Source: Parcubacteria group bacterium
Lineage (GTDB): Bacteria > Patescibacteriota > Minisyncoccia > Moranbacterales > UBA11712
Assembly: GCA_041659065.1 (NCBI GenBank)
Contig: JBAZYY010000006.1
Span: 1,551 to 65,550 of the forward strand
Length of the DNA: 64,000 nt
Direction of reading: 5' to 3'
Part shown: piece after piece, positions 21,800 to 32,185 of the stretch
How the letters are laid out: each line of letters begins with the position of its first letter
Position numbering within the stretch: the stretch's first letter is position 1
Translations under genes and position numbers: made by a program
Notes under the pieces: generated by a model
Databases searched by the model: none
What the model saw: only the letters and a program-made list of their open reading frames with translations
What the model was told of the DNA's origin: nothing

Positions 21800-23410
21800 A
21801 TGAACAAAAAAACCGCGTTAATTTCCGTTTTTGACAAGAAAGGAGTTGAAAAATTTGCTAAAAGCTTGGTGGATCTGGATTGGGAGATTTTGGCATCGGG
21901 GGGGACGGCGAAATATTTAACAGAAAAAAATATTCCAGTGCGGGATGTAGCGGATTTAGTAGGCGGAGAAGCCATACTCGGGCATCGGGTTGTCACGTTA
22001 TCCCGCGAAATTCACGCGGGACTGATGGCAAGGCCGGATGTTCAAGAAGATATGAAAGAACTGGAAAAACTTAAAATTCCGTTTATCGATTTGCTTTGTT
22101 GCGATTTATATCCTCTAGAGGAAGAAATTAAAAAATCAGATGCCACCTACGAATCGGTTATTGAAAAAACAGATGTGGGTGGGCCGACGATGGTTAGATC
22201 CGCAGCTAAGGGAGGAAGAATTGTTGTTTGCGATCCAGGAGATCGCAAAGGAGTAATTGATAAGCTAATAAACAACGGCGATTTAAGCAAAAAAGAAAGA
22301 ATTGAACTTGCGGCTAAAGCAGAATATGTAATTTCCAAATATTGTCTCGAAGCGGCCAAGTTTCATTCAGAAGAGAGATACGGCGGATATTTAGGAATTC
22401 AGATATCCGAAACTCTCTATGGAGAAAACGCCTACCAGGTTCCGGGCCGGCTGTATTCAGCTGGAAGCGATGATCCGCTTGCGCTCGACAAATTCAAGAT
22501 TCTGACTGACATGGCGCTAAGTTATAACAATACCTGCGACATGGATCGGATGCTTCAGACGTTGACGCACATCATTGCCGCCTTCGAGATAAATAATGTT
22601 TCTGCAAAGTATTTTGGAGTCGCGGTGAAACATGGCAATTGCTGCGGAGCGGCATATGGTAATGATAAGATCGAGGTGATAAAAAAAGTGATTGAAGGCG
22701 ATCCGAGGGCGATTTTTGGAGGGCTTACAATGTTTAATTTCGATTTTGATGAAGGGGAAGCGGAAACATTGTTAACGCACTCAATGGGCGAAGGACAAAG
22801 AAGATTGCTAGATGGAATCGTAACTCCCGGTTTTTCCGAAAAAGCGCTTGAGCTCTCGAGAAGAAAAAAAGATAAGTGCCGATTTGTGGTTAACGCGGCT
22901 CTTGCCAATATCAGCAAGGGCAATTTGGATATCAAAAAAAGATTTCGCTATGTCCGCGGGGGTTTCTTGACCCAGCCGAATTACGCTTTTGTTTTGGATT
23001 TCGCTCATCCGGAAATAAAAATATTCGGCAAGCTGGGCGATGGCGTCAAATCAGACTTACTTCTTGCCTGGGCAATTGGCGTGACTTCTAATTCCAATAC
23101 GATCACTCTTGTGAATAATTCCAAGTTAATCGGCAACGGAGTTGGCCAGCAGGACAGGGTGGGCTGCTGCGAGTTAGCGATCAAGCGCGCTAAAGACGCC
23201 GGGCACGTTATCCAAAATGCAGTGGCGGCGAGCGATAGCTTCTTCCCATTTCCCGATGCTCCTCAGGTTTTGATCGGGGCCGGCGTGAAAACTATTTTTG
23301 CGACCTCCGGCTCGGTTAACGACAGCGAAGCTCAAAAACTATGCGCGGACAGTAATGTGGCTCTCGTCCAAATCCCCGACAAGCTTGCCCGTGGTTTCTT
23401 CGGGCATTAA
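21800..23410 (+). CDS. purH: bifunctional AICAR transformylase/IMP cyclohydrolase (divergent)
   Basis: 'ALISVFDK', 'ASGGTA', 'DVGGPTMVRSAAK', 'YGEN', 'LSYNN', 'VKHGN' and 'ASDSFFPF'. Confidence 0.88.
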   Translation: MNKKTALISVFDKKGVEKFAKSLVDLDWEILASGGTAKYLTEKNIPVRDVADLVGGEAILGHRVVTLSREIHAGLMARPDVQEDMKELEKLKIPFIDLLCCDLYPLEEEIKKSDATYESVIEKTDVGGPTMVRSAAKGGRIVVCDPGDRKGVIDKLINNGDLSKKERIELAAKAEYVISKYCLEAAKFHSEERYGGYLGIQISETLYGENAYQVPGRLYSAGSDDPLALDKFKILTDMALSYNNTCDMDRMLQTLTHIIAAFEINNVSAKYFGVAVKHGNCCGAAYGNDKIEVIKKVIEGDPRAIFGGLTMFNFDFDEGEAETLLTHSMGEGQRRLLDGIVTPGFSEKALELSRRKKDKCRFVVNAALANISKGNLDIKKRFRYVRGGFLTQPNYAFVLDFAHPEIKIFGKLGDGVKSDLLLAWAIGVTSNSNTITLVNNSKLIGNGVGQQDRVGCCELAIKRAKDAGHVIQNAVAASDSFFPFPDAPQVLIGAGVKTIFATSGSVNDSEAQKLCADSNVALVQIPDKLARGFFGH

Positions 23411-23422
23411 AATATTCAAAAT

Positions 23423-23459
23423 AAAAAAAGGGAGAACCGCGTAGTTCTGCGACTCTCCC
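23423..23459 (-). terminator. intrinsic terminator
   Basis: GGGAGA...TCTCCC stem with an A7 run on the plus strand (U-run on the minus strand). Confidence 0.55.
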
Positions 23460-23467
23460 AGCATCGA

Positions 23468-24679
23468 TTAAAATGTTTTAATGCCAGCCTCGCTGACCAA
23501 AATTTCGGTCGGTTTTTTATAGCCAGGGAATAGCGACATTAGCACAGATCCGTATGCCCCGGCATTTTTGATGGCGAGGATGTCACCGACCATTATCTTT
23601 GGCAGTAAGCGATCTTCCGCTAGAAAGTCATTTTGCAGGACGGAATTTCCGCAGATGGTGTAGAGCCGTTTAGGCTTGCTGTTAATCTTGTTGGCTACAA
23701 CAATGTCATGCCAACCTCCTGCATTCTGGCCGTAGATGTAAGGACGCGCGAAAATTCCAAAGCCACAGTTCACGCCGATTTGGGTCCAGGTATCCATGTT
23801 TTTGACATTAGTGACTTCGCAGAGCAGGGTTCCGGCGTCGCCGATCAAGGAACGTCCGGGCTCGATTTTGAGACTAATTTCTCGACCGAAATACTTGGAT
23901 ACTGAATGCATGAGAGAAGTAAGGCGTTGGCCATATCCACCCCAGTCAAATTCTTTGTCGGTCGGTTTAGCGGGAATGCCGAAACCCGCGCCGAAGTTTA
24001 TATACTCAATGTCCTCAAATTCTTTCGCGCAGTCAGCGAGATATGAGCTGAGAGTAAGGAATGGCTCGAGATCGAGTACATTCGAAGCCAGATAGCCGTG
24101 GATGCCAGTGATCTTTAGCCCGTATTTTTTGGCGATGCGTTTGGCTTCCGGAAATTTTTCCCTTTTTATGCCGACCCTCGCTTTTGGGTCATAAGGTTTA
24201 TTAGTGGCGCATTGATTTAGCATTCCAGGTTGAATAAAAACCCGGATGCCGATTTCCTTTTTGATGAGCGGATGATCGCCATAGTGCGAGGTAATTTCTC
24301 CATATTCTTCGACCTCCTCGAGTGAGTCCAGGTTAAGATGAGCACCGAGCGTTATGAATCTTTTCATGTCTCTTGGCGAGATATTTGTGGTAGTGACAGA
24401 GATCTGCTGTTTCGAGTATCCGCACTGCTGCGCCAACATATATTCCTGGAGGGAATTCACTTGAAGGGAAGAGCCTACGTCAAGAAGCAAGGTTAAGATC
24501 TTGGGATGATTATTGCACATGATCGCATAATGGATTTGCTTCGGCTCATACGGAATTGAGCTCACAATCCTTCTAAAGTTAGCTATAATCTTTTCCGCGT
24601 CATAAACATAAAGCGGAGTTCCAAATCTCATCGCCAGCCACGGCGCATTCCAGTTTCCGATTTTGAGACAGGTAGTCAT
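23468..24679 (-). CDS. diaminopimelate decarboxylase-like (fold-type III) protein with degenerate active site
   Basis: 'FGTPLYVYD', 'NFGAGFG', 'EPGRSL' and 'AGAYG' are present, but YAxK reads YAIM; GAGGTG RBS before the ATG at 24679. Confidence 0.8.
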   Translation of the reverse strand: MTTCLKIGNWNAPWLAMRFGTPLYVYDAEKIIANFRRIVSSIPYEPKQIHYAIMCNNHPKILTLLLDVGSSLQVNSLQEYMLAQQCGYSKQQISVTTTNISPRDMKRFITLGAHLNLDSLEEVEEYGEITSHYGDHPLIKKEIGIRVFIQPGMLNQCATNKPYDPKARVGIKREKFPEAKRIAKKYGLKITGIHGYLASNVLDLEPFLTLSSYLADCAKEFEDIEYINFGAGFGIPAKPTDKEFDWGGYGQRLTSLMHSVSKYFGREISLKIEPGRSLIGDAGTLLCEVTNVKNMDTWTQIGVNCGFGIFARPYIYGQNAGGWHDIVVANKINSKPKRLYTICGNSVLQNDFLAEDRLLPKIMVGDILAIKNAGAYGSVLMSLFPGYKKPTEILVSEAGIKTF

Positions 24680-24857
24680 TTGTATCACCTCGATATTTTT
24701 AAGGAGCTTCTTAATCAAGTTCTGCTTAAACTTGACCTACAAGTATATAAAATAATTACAAAATAATCAATAATAAAAGCTTAAATTGACCTATAAAATT
24801 ATTAATGTATAATAATAATATACATACAATAAAATAACTTAGCCTATTTTAGCCAAA

Positions 24858-25640
24858 ATGGAGCAGGATGAACTGAAAAAAAGCCTTTACAAAGGCCTCA
24901 AAGAATTAGGACTATCAGAAGCGGAAATCAATCTATACGTGATCTCCTTAAAATTGGGGCAAACTTCAATCGTGAATGTTGCCCGACATATGGGAATTTC
25001 AAGGCCGAATGTCTACAAGGTCATTTTCAGCCTTGAAAAACATGGGTTGGCAAAATTCTCCGAAAAAGGAAAATACGCCCGGGCTTTCATGGTGGAATCT
25101 CCAACCTTTGTCTTGGAAATGATCAGAAAAAAGCGAGAAGATATGTCCGAGATCGATCATAATCTGGTCTCCTCCCTGCCGGACCTCTTAACTAAATATC
25201 ACCAGGGACAAGCGCCAACGAAAGTTAGAGTTCTCCAGGGAAAAGAGCATTTCCTGAAGATATTCAATCAAAGCTTGGAGGAAGAAAACAAGGAAGTCTT
25301 GTTTTTCGGCGCAACCGAGGATTTTATAGGATTTATTTCTTGGACGGAAGAGCGAAAATGGATTACAAAAAGGGTAAAGAGGAATATTTTTGTAAAAGTT
25401 CTCACTCTTCCTGGAAAAGAGGGAGCAGAAATTCTACGTCCACAAGATCAAGCGGAGCTTCGCGAAACCAGAATCTTGAAAGGGACTTGGCCTTTCATGA
25501 CTTCTTTTCAGCTATTCGCGAATAAAGTAGTTATTTGGCAGCCTAAAGCGCCACTGGCTCTGTTAATCGAAGATCAATATATTGTGGAAATGCTTAAAAG
25601 TATGTTCGACTTCATGTGGGAAAAATCAGTAGAGAAATAG
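24858..25640 (+). CDS. TrmB-family transcriptional regulator
   Basis: 'LGLSEAEINLY..SLKLG...ISRPNVYKVI.SLEKHGL' HTH and 'FQLFANKV' C-terminal domain. Confidence 0.85.
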   Translation: MEQDELKKSLYKGLKELGLSEAEINLYVISLKLGQTSIVNVARHMGISRPNVYKVIFSLEKHGLAKFSEKGKYARAFMVESPTFVLEMIRKKREDMSEIDHNLVSSLPDLLTKYHQGQAPTKVRVLQGKEHFLKIFNQSLEEENKEVLFFGATEDFIGFISWTEERKWITKRVKRNIFVKVLTLPGKEGAEILRPQDQAELRETRILKGTWPFMTSFQLFANKVVIWQPKAPLALLIEDQYIVEMLKSMFDFMWEKSVEK

Positions 25641-25747
25641 GCGCTCGAATCACTTTAAAAGATCTCGCATTTGTGGTATAATTAGAGTGAGATTTATTTG
25701 AAGATAGAATCAGTTCACCCTGTTAAATAAATAAAAAAACAAAATAA

Positions 25748-26701
25748 ATGTTCAGTAAATTTCTTGACGGTTTTAACTTTATCGCCCGGTGCAAAAAATA
25801 TAAAATCGGCCTTTGGCAATGTCCGAATTTTCTTTTTTTGGTGATGGGAGTCGTAACCGTGACAGCCATGGTGGGGACATATATAGCTGCCCGGCGGTTT
25901 GATGACGAGACGGTCACGGTAGTCAGCGTTAGCTTGGTGGTGGCCGTGATTTTTGTAATCGGAAACTTAATCATCCGAGGAGTGGAAAGAATCGCAGAGG
26001 CTGATATTTTGAAAAGTGAATTCATTTCCATCATCTCCCATCAGTTGTGCAGCCCCCTCTCGGCGATTAAATGGAATTTGGAGATTATCGAAACGGAAAA
26101 AACGCCCGAGCACGCTCTTTCCGACAAGCAAATGCTTTTTCTGGACAATATCAAAAAGTCCAATGAGCAAATGCTTAAGCTGGTTAGTGACCTTCTGGAT
26201 GTTGTCCGCATCGATCAGGGCCGGACTATATTTGTTAAGGAAAAAGTTGATCTTAGCCGGGTGGTCAGGGAAGTAGTCGAAGGACTGAAACATCTGACTG
26301 ACAGCAAGAAAATTAAAGTTGAGTTGGGAATCGAGGATAATTTGCCGCTTGTGGTGGCGGATGAGAAAAAAATGAGAGTAGTTTTCGATAACTTGATCGG
26401 CAATGCGGTAAAATTTTCAAACGATAACAGTAAGGTGCTGGTTAAACTTGAGAACAACACTAATAATGTCAAATTCACGGTCCAGGACTGGGGGGTGGGT
26501 ATTCCGCGCCATCAGCACGACAAGATATTCGAAAAATTTTTCAGAAGCAGTAATGCTTCGCGCTATCGGACCGAGGGTGTTGGATTGGGTCTATACTTGG
26601 TTAAAGCTATTCTTAAAAGCTTTGGAGGCGAAATTTGGTTTAAAAGCGAAATTGACAAAGGTTCGACATTTTTTTTCACTCTTCCCAGCGTCAAACTTTA
26701 G
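25748..26701 (+). CDS. sensor histidine kinase
   Basis: Two TM helices, H-box 'SHQLCSPL', N-box 'NLIGNAVKFS', 'DWGVGIP' and 'GVGLGL'. Confidence 0.92.
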   Translation: MFSKFLDGFNFIARCKKYKIGLWQCPNFLFLVMGVVTVTAMVGTYIAARRFDDETVTVVSVSLVVAVIFVIGNLIIRGVERIAEADILKSEFISIISHQLCSPLSAIKWNLEIIETEKTPEHALSDKQMLFLDNIKKSNEQMLKLVSDLLDVVRIDQGRTIFVKEKVDLSRVVREVVEGLKHLTDSKKIKVELGIEDNLPLVVADEKKMRVVFDNLIGNAVKFSNDNSKVLVKLENNTNNVKFTVQDWGVGIPRHQHDKIFEKFFRSSNASRYRTEGVGLGLYLVKAILKSFGGEIWFKSEIDKGSTFFFTLPSVKL

Positions 26702-26737
26702 ATATCTAACACAACTTAAAATTTTAATTGTAAACGC

Positions 26738-27118
26738 ATGTCAGATGCCAATAAAAAGAAAATTTTGATCGTAGAAGATGACCGAGCTCTCCAGAATGCA
26801 TTGCTGGAAATGCTGGGGCAGGAAGGTTATGAACTTATACCGGCTGTAGACGGGGAAGAAGGACTTGCCAAGGCTGCCAGCGAAAAACCGGATCTGATAC
26901 TACTGGACATAATACTTCCGAAAAAGGATGGCTATGAAGTACTGGCAGATATCAAAAAAAATCCTGAAATCAAAGATATTCCAGTTTTAATTCTCACTAA
27001 TCTGGAAGAGATTAGTGATGTGCAAAAGGCCATCAGCTTAGGCGCAAAAACTTTTATGGTCAAGTCCGATTTTAGCCTGAAAGACGTCCTGGAAAAAGTT
27101 AAGGAGAACTTGAAATAG
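26738..27118 (+). CDS. single-domain response regulator
   Basis: 'ILIVEDD', 'PDLILLD' and 'VLILTN' receiver motifs; no output domain. Confidence 0.92.
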   Translation: MSDANKKKILIVEDDRALQNALLEMLGQEGYELIPAVDGEEGLAKAASEKPDLILLDIILPKKDGYEVLADIKKNPEIKDIPVLILTNLEEISDVQKAISLGAKTFMVKSDFSLKDVLEKVKENLK

Positions 27119-27186
27119 CAAATTGGTTTTCATAAACAAAAAAATATTTATTGATCCTTGATCTTCGATCATGGATCTCCGTGCAA

Positions 27187-28920
27187 ATGAGAGTTGATAA
27201 CGAAAGACTAAAAAGCTTCATATTGGACGCGGGACTGGTTCCTGAAACCGACGTAGATAAGGCAATTGACGTCAGTAAACAGTCCGGAAAGAGACTGGGT
27301 GATGTTTTGGTTGAACAAAAACTGATGAGCGGCAATCAAGTTCGCCAGCTCTACTCTTATATCTTAGGAGTACCTTTCGTGAATCTGGAAAAAGAAATTA
27401 TACCGCGGGAGATTTTGCAAATGATACCCGAACCGATAGCTAAAAAATATAAGATTGTGGCCTTCAAGAAGGCAGACGACGAGCTCAAAGTCGCCATGCT
27501 CAATCCGGAAGATATTCAGACCATTGATTTTATCCGAAAAAAAACCGGGCTAAAAATTTCACCTTGCATTACGACCGAGGAAGGCGTGGAGAATGCTCTT
27601 AAGCAATATGAACAAAGCCTTAAGGCCGAGTTTGGAGACATTATTGAAAAAAACGCAGAGGATATCGTATCCGAGGAATCACTGGAAAAAGTAGCCCAAG
27701 GTTTGCCGATCATCCGCATAGTAGATACACTCCTCAAACACGCCGTGCTTCAGGAGGCAAGTGATATTCATATTGAGCCGGATGAAAAAGAAGTGAGAAT
27801 ACGCTACCGGATCGACGGAATATTGCATGATGCCATGACGCTTCCCAAGTCAGTAATGGACGGAATCGTAGCAAGAATAAAAATACTTTCTAACTTAAAG
27901 CTGGATGAGCATCGCTTGCCCCAAGATGGCCGTTTCAAAATCGAACAAGATAGTCATCGGGTGGCTTTCCGGGTTTCAATTCTTCCTGTATACAGCGGAG
28001 AAAAAATTGTAATGAGGCTTTTAGATGAATCATCCAAGGGGCTGACTTTGGAGGGAATGGGCCTATGGGGAAAGTCGCTTGAGGATATCCACCAAGCCAT
28101 AAAAAAACCCAATGGCATGATTCTGGTTACCGGACCAACCGGATCAGGAAAAACGACAACTTTATATACAGTTATGGACATTCTCAATACCCCACAGGTG
28201 AATATTTCTACCGTAGAGGACCCGATTGAATATAAGATGCCGCGCATCAATCAGACGCAGGTCATGCCGCAGATCGGGCTGACATTTTCCTCCGGCCTCA
28301 GATCGCTTTTGCGCCAGGATCCTGACATTATCATGATTGGAGAGATCCGCGATAAAGAAACCATGGAAATCGCCATCCATGCGGCCATGACGGGGCATCT
28401 AGTGCTGTCAACTCTTCACACCAACAGCGCTGCCGGAGCTATCCCGAGGCTCCTGGACATGGGAGCGGAATCTTTTTTAGTTGCCTCAACTATAAATGTC
28501 GTGGTCGGGCAACGGCTGCTTAGAAAATTATGTTCAGACTGCCGGCAACCATTTAATCTTGACGAGGAGCTTTCGGCGTCGCTGAAAAAACAAGTTGACA
28601 TAGCAAGAATTGTTGAAATCGCAAAAAAAAATAATCTAATTGATGTGAAATCCGGAAACGATTGGAAGGATCTGCAGTTTTGGCGTCCGGGAGGCTGTTC
28701 TCGTTGCAATCAGGAAGGCTACAAGGGGCGAGTTGGGATTTATGAGGTGTTGGATGTTTCCGAAAGTATAGCTCAAATGATAGGCAAACAAGCAACCAGC
28801 GATGAAATCGAAAAAAAAGGGACCGAAGAAGGCATGTTGAAGCTTGTCGAAGACGGTTTTATAAAAGCTCTTCAAGGAATAACATCAATCGAAGAAGTTT
28901 TGAGAGTCACGAAGGAATAA
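27187..28920 (+). CDS. pilB: type IV pilus assembly ATPase PilB/GspE
   Basis: 'ASDIHIEP', 'TGPTGSGKTTTLY', 'LRQDPDII.IGEIRD', 'TGHLV.STLHTN' and a tetracysteine motif. Confidence 0.92.
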   Translation: MRVDNERLKSFILDAGLVPETDVDKAIDVSKQSGKRLGDVLVEQKLMSGNQVRQLYSYILGVPFVNLEKEIIPREILQMIPEPIAKKYKIVAFKKADDELKVAMLNPEDIQTIDFIRKKTGLKISPCITTEEGVENALKQYEQSLKAEFGDIIEKNAEDIVSEESLEKVAQGLPIIRIVDTLLKHAVLQEASDIHIEPDEKEVRIRYRIDGILHDAMTLPKSVMDGIVARIKILSNLKLDEHRLPQDGRFKIEQDSHRVAFRVSILPVYSGEKIVMRLLDESSKGLTLEGMGLWGKSLEDIHQAIKKPNGMILVTGPTGSGKTTTLYTVMDILNTPQVNISTVEDPIEYKMPRINQTQVMPQIGLTFSSGLRSLLRQDPDIIMIGEIRDKETMEIAIHAAMTGHLVLSTLHTNSAAGAIPRLLDMGAESFLVASTINVVVGQRLLRKLCSDCRQPFNLDEELSASLKKQVDIARIVEIAKKNNLIDVKSGNDWKDLQFWRPGGCSRCNQEGYKGRVGIYEVLDVSESIAQMIGKQATSDEIEKKGTEEGMLKLVEDGFIKALQGITSIEEVLRVTKE

Positions 28921-28924
28921 CTCT

Positions 28925-30136
28925 ATGCCAATTTTCAAATACGTAGCAAAAAATAGCCAGGGAGAAGTCAAAGAGGGAGACTTAGAAGGGGCTGACAAGA
29001 GATCTATTGTTGAATCTCTTCGTAACGAAGGATTTTTTGTCACGACTATTTTTGAGAGACAAGCAAAATCTCAAAAAAGCAGCAAAGTTATGAGTTTTTT
29101 TTCTAAGGTGTCACTTAAGGACAAGATGATGTTCGCGCGACATTTGGGCGTCATGCTGGGATCGGGGCTTTCATTGCCCAGGGCGTTGAAAGTAATTTCC
29201 AACCAAACTAAAAACCGAAAATTTCAAGCCGTATTGGGGCAGCTTGAAAATGAAGTAAAGATGGGGACTAGTCTGGGCGATAGCCTGGAAAAGGCACAAG
29301 TTTTTGATGATCTCTCAATTAATATGATCAGAGTGGGAGAAGTGGCAGGAAACTTGGAAGAGGTCCTTAAACTACTGGCTGATCAGCTGGAAAAAGAACA
29401 TTCCTTGATAAGCAAAGTTAGGGGCGCCATGTATTATCCGGGAGTCATCATGCTAGTTATGTTTGTGATCGGGATTGCCATGATGACTTATGTAGTTCCG
29501 TCGATCACCGCGATTTTTTCTGATGTCAACACCGAGCTGCCGTTTTCCACCAAAATTGTAATTGGAGCAAGTAATTTCATGAAAGATAATCAAATTCTTG
29601 TTTTTGGAATGATAATTCTGATTGCCGCGGCTATCTTTGTGTTTTTTAAAACTATTTACGGAAAAAGAGCTACCGGATTTCTATTTCTCAAGACGCCGGT
29701 TATCAATAAAATTACGATAAAAGTTAATAATGCCCGTTTTGCCAGAATCTATGGCTCACTCATAAAGAGTGGGGTTCCGATTGCCGAGTCATTGCGGATC
29801 ATCTCAGAAACTCTAACCAACAGATATTATCAAGAAGCGTTTAAAAAAATCCAAGAGGGAGTTCAAAAAGGGAAACCGCTTTATGGCGAGCTTTCAAACT
29901 TTCCCAAGCTTTTTCCGGTACTTATTATCCAGATGGTGGAAGTTGGAGAAGAGACCGGAAAAACGGTGGATGTCTTATTGGACCTCGCTAAATTTTACGA
30001 AGAAGAAATCGATCAAGCGACTAAAAATATATCTTCAATCATTGAGCCGGTACTTATGGTAATAATCGGATCTGCGGTGGGATTCTTCGCGGTTTCAATG
30101 ATAATGCCAATGTACTCAGTCATGGATCAGATGTAA
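28925..30136 (+). CDS. pilC: type IV pilus platform protein PilC/GspF
   Basis: Two GspF repeats ('MIRVGEVAGNLEEVL', 'MVEVGEETG') and 'GAMYYP'. Confidence 0.92.
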   Translation: MPIFKYVAKNSQGEVKEGDLEGADKRSIVESLRNEGFFVTTIFERQAKSQKSSKVMSFFSKVSLKDKMMFARHLGVMLGSGLSLPRALKVISNQTKNRKFQAVLGQLENEVKMGTSLGDSLEKAQVFDDLSINMIRVGEVAGNLEEVLKLLADQLEKEHSLISKVRGAMYYPGVIMLVMFVIGIAMMTYVVPSITAIFSDVNTELPFSTKIVIGASNFMKDNQILVFGMIILIAAAIFVFFKTIYGKRATGFLFLKTPVINKITIKVNNARFARIYGSLIKSGVPIAESLRIISETLTNRYYQEAFKKIQEGVQKGKPLYGELSNFPKLFPVLIIQMVEVGEETGKTVDVLLDLAKFYEEEIDQATKNISSIIEPVLMVIIGSAVGFFAVSMIMPMYSVMDQM

Positions 30137-30172
30137 GCTGGAAGTGGAAAATTAAAAGTAAAAATTAAAAAT

Positions 30173-31546
30173 ATGGTGTCGCTTCGCGACAATTTTTTAA
30201 GAATAAATAAGCAAAAAGGATTCAGTCTGTTGGAGGTTGTTTCTGCGGTTTTTATTTTCAGCATTGTTTTTCTGTCAGTATACGGCGCTTTTAACGCGGG
30301 ATTGAAATCTTTAGTCCAATCAAAACGCAGGACTGAAGCGGCGGCACTGGCAAATGAAAAAATGGAAATAATCCGCAATCTGGCTTACGCAGAAATAGGC
30401 ATGGTGAATGGATTTCCAAGCGGGGCCATAGCTCAAGATGAGGATGTAGTGCGAAGCAGTAACGCTTTTCATGTTCACACAAACATCAGATATATTGACG
30501 ACTCTTTTGATGGCTTGGATGCAGAAGATGAAAATCATATAATTACTGATTACAAGCTAGCCAAGGTTGAAGTGACTTGGGCAGGGGCAAGTACCGGGAA
30601 GGGAGTCATTGTCGTTTCCAAATTTGTCCCGGATGGAGTGGAATCGGACGTGGGCGGAGGATCATTCAGAATTAATATCTTGGATGGAACCGGTTCAGGA
30701 ATCTCCGGTGTCGATACTCGAATAATCAATAGTAGCATACCTGATCCGGTAGATATTCATACTACTACCGATTCATCCGGTACGATCCTCTTGGTATTGC
30801 CGGAAGGAGATCGCAGCTATGAAATTTCAGTATTAAAAGATGGCTATGAAAATGTCACTACTATGCCGCCTTATCCAACGACTGCTTACGACCCAACCGA
30901 CGAGCATGCCTCCGTGATAGCGGGGTATCTCAATACCAAAGGGATTATTATTGATAAGTTAAGTACCTTAAATATATCGACCAGAAGCCTTTTGGATGCG
31001 GCCCTTCCTAGTATAGGGTTGCATATCGATGGAGGGCGAATAATCGGAACTGATCATGTTGATCCCCTTGTAAAAATAAAGAACGTAATCGAGGACGTCG
31101 TGACAGACGAAAATGGCACAAAAAATCTGACAGACACTCCTCCTGGCGTATATAACGTGGCTTTAACTGAGCCGAACTATACTCTAGTTGAAACCAGTAT
31201 CAATAATCCAGTTCCCTTATCACCGGCCCAAACCGCAGACCTCGTTATGTATATTGCGCCAAGCAATGTTAATTCGCTGGTTGTAAAGCTGTCTAATGCT
31301 GTGACCGGCGACCCGGTTGAGCGGGCAAATGTTCGCGTTTTTAACGGCACTGACTTTGATCAGACGCAAATCACCGCTCAAAAAAATTATATATACTTTC
31401 CTCCTTTTACGGACCCTCCAACGACGATGTCTGCCGGATCTTATACCGTGGAGGTATCGGTAGACGGCTATGAAAGTTATACTGGCAGTGTTGACGTTAA
31501 TCTTCTCACGCAAATGGATATCCAACTAAATCCAATTACTCCATGA
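30173..31546 (+). CDS. large minor pilin with beta-sandwich C-terminal repeats
   Basis: Class III signal peptide 'QKG|FSLLEVV'; C-terminal 'G.Y.V.V...GY' repeats resemble carboxypeptidase-regulatory-like domains. Confidence 0.8.
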   Translation: MVSLRDNFLRINKQKGFSLLEVVSAVFIFSIVFLSVYGAFNAGLKSLVQSKRRTEAAALANEKMEIIRNLAYAEIGMVNGFPSGAIAQDEDVVRSSNAFHVHTNIRYIDDSFDGLDAEDENHIITDYKLAKVEVTWAGASTGKGVIVVSKFVPDGVESDVGGGSFRINILDGTGSGISGVDTRIINSSIPDPVDIHTTTDSSGTILLVLPEGDRSYEISVLKDGYENVTTMPPYPTTAYDPTDEHASVIAGYLNTKGIIIDKLSTLNISTRSLLDAALPSIGLHIDGGRIIGTDHVDPLVKIKNVIEDVVTDENGTKNLTDTPPGVYNVALTEPNYTLVETSINNPVPLSPAQTADLVMYIAPSNVNSLVVKLSNAVTGDPVERANVRVFNGTDFDQTQITAQKNYIYFPPFTDPPTTMSAGSYTVEVSVDGYESYTGSVDVNLLTQMDIQLNPITP

Positions 31547-32184
31547 GAGAAAAATTTTTAAAACAAGGCGAATATTCCCAGAAGGGGCTGACTCTGGTGG
31601 AAATGTTAATAGCAGTATTCATTTTTCTTCTGATGATGAATGGAGTGGTGATGCTCATCAAGTACATCTACCGAAATTATGGGTTTTCAATGGAGCAGGG
31701 AATTTCCGTAAACAACGTGCAAAAAAGCTTGAAAACAATGATTGGAGACATTAGAGGTTTAAGGCGGGCGGATTCCGGCGCTTATGCCATAAAAAGCGCA
31801 GATGATTTTGATTTTGTTTTTTATTCCGATGTGGATGGAGATGGAGTAACGGAACAAGTCCACTATTTTCTGGAAAACGATTCAATAAAAAAGGGTGTAA
31901 GCGAGCCGAGCGGAACTCCTCCAGTGTATCCGTCTTCTGATCAGGTTGAATCAGTTTTAGCCGAACACGTTGTGAACACCACGAGCCAGCCTCTTTTTTC
32001 TTATTATAACGAGGATTACCCGGCCGATCTCGTGAATAATCCTCTTGCTGTACCTGTGTCTCAAATCAGCCAAATTAGAATGGTGAAGACGGATGTACGC
32101 TATAATCTTGATCCTAACCGGGCTCCGGATAACATCCGGCTGGAGTCATTTGTCGCTTTAAGGAATCTAAAAGACAACTGGTAA
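31543..32184 (+). CDS. minor pilin (PilW/PulJ-like)
   Basis: 'QKG|LTLVEML' prepilin motif; ends in 'VALRNL'. Confidence 0.8.
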   Translation: MREKFLKQGEYSQKGLTLVEMLIAVFIFLLMMNGVVMLIKYIYRNYGFSMEQGISVNNVQKSLKTMIGDIRGLRRADSGAYAIKSADDFDFVFYSDVDGDGVTEQVHYFLENDSIKKGVSEPSGTPPVYPSSDQVESVLAEHVVNTTSQPLFSYYNEDYPADLVNNPLAVPVSQISQIRMVKTDVRYNLDPNRAPDNIRLESFVALRNLKDNW

Positions 32185-32185
32185 A

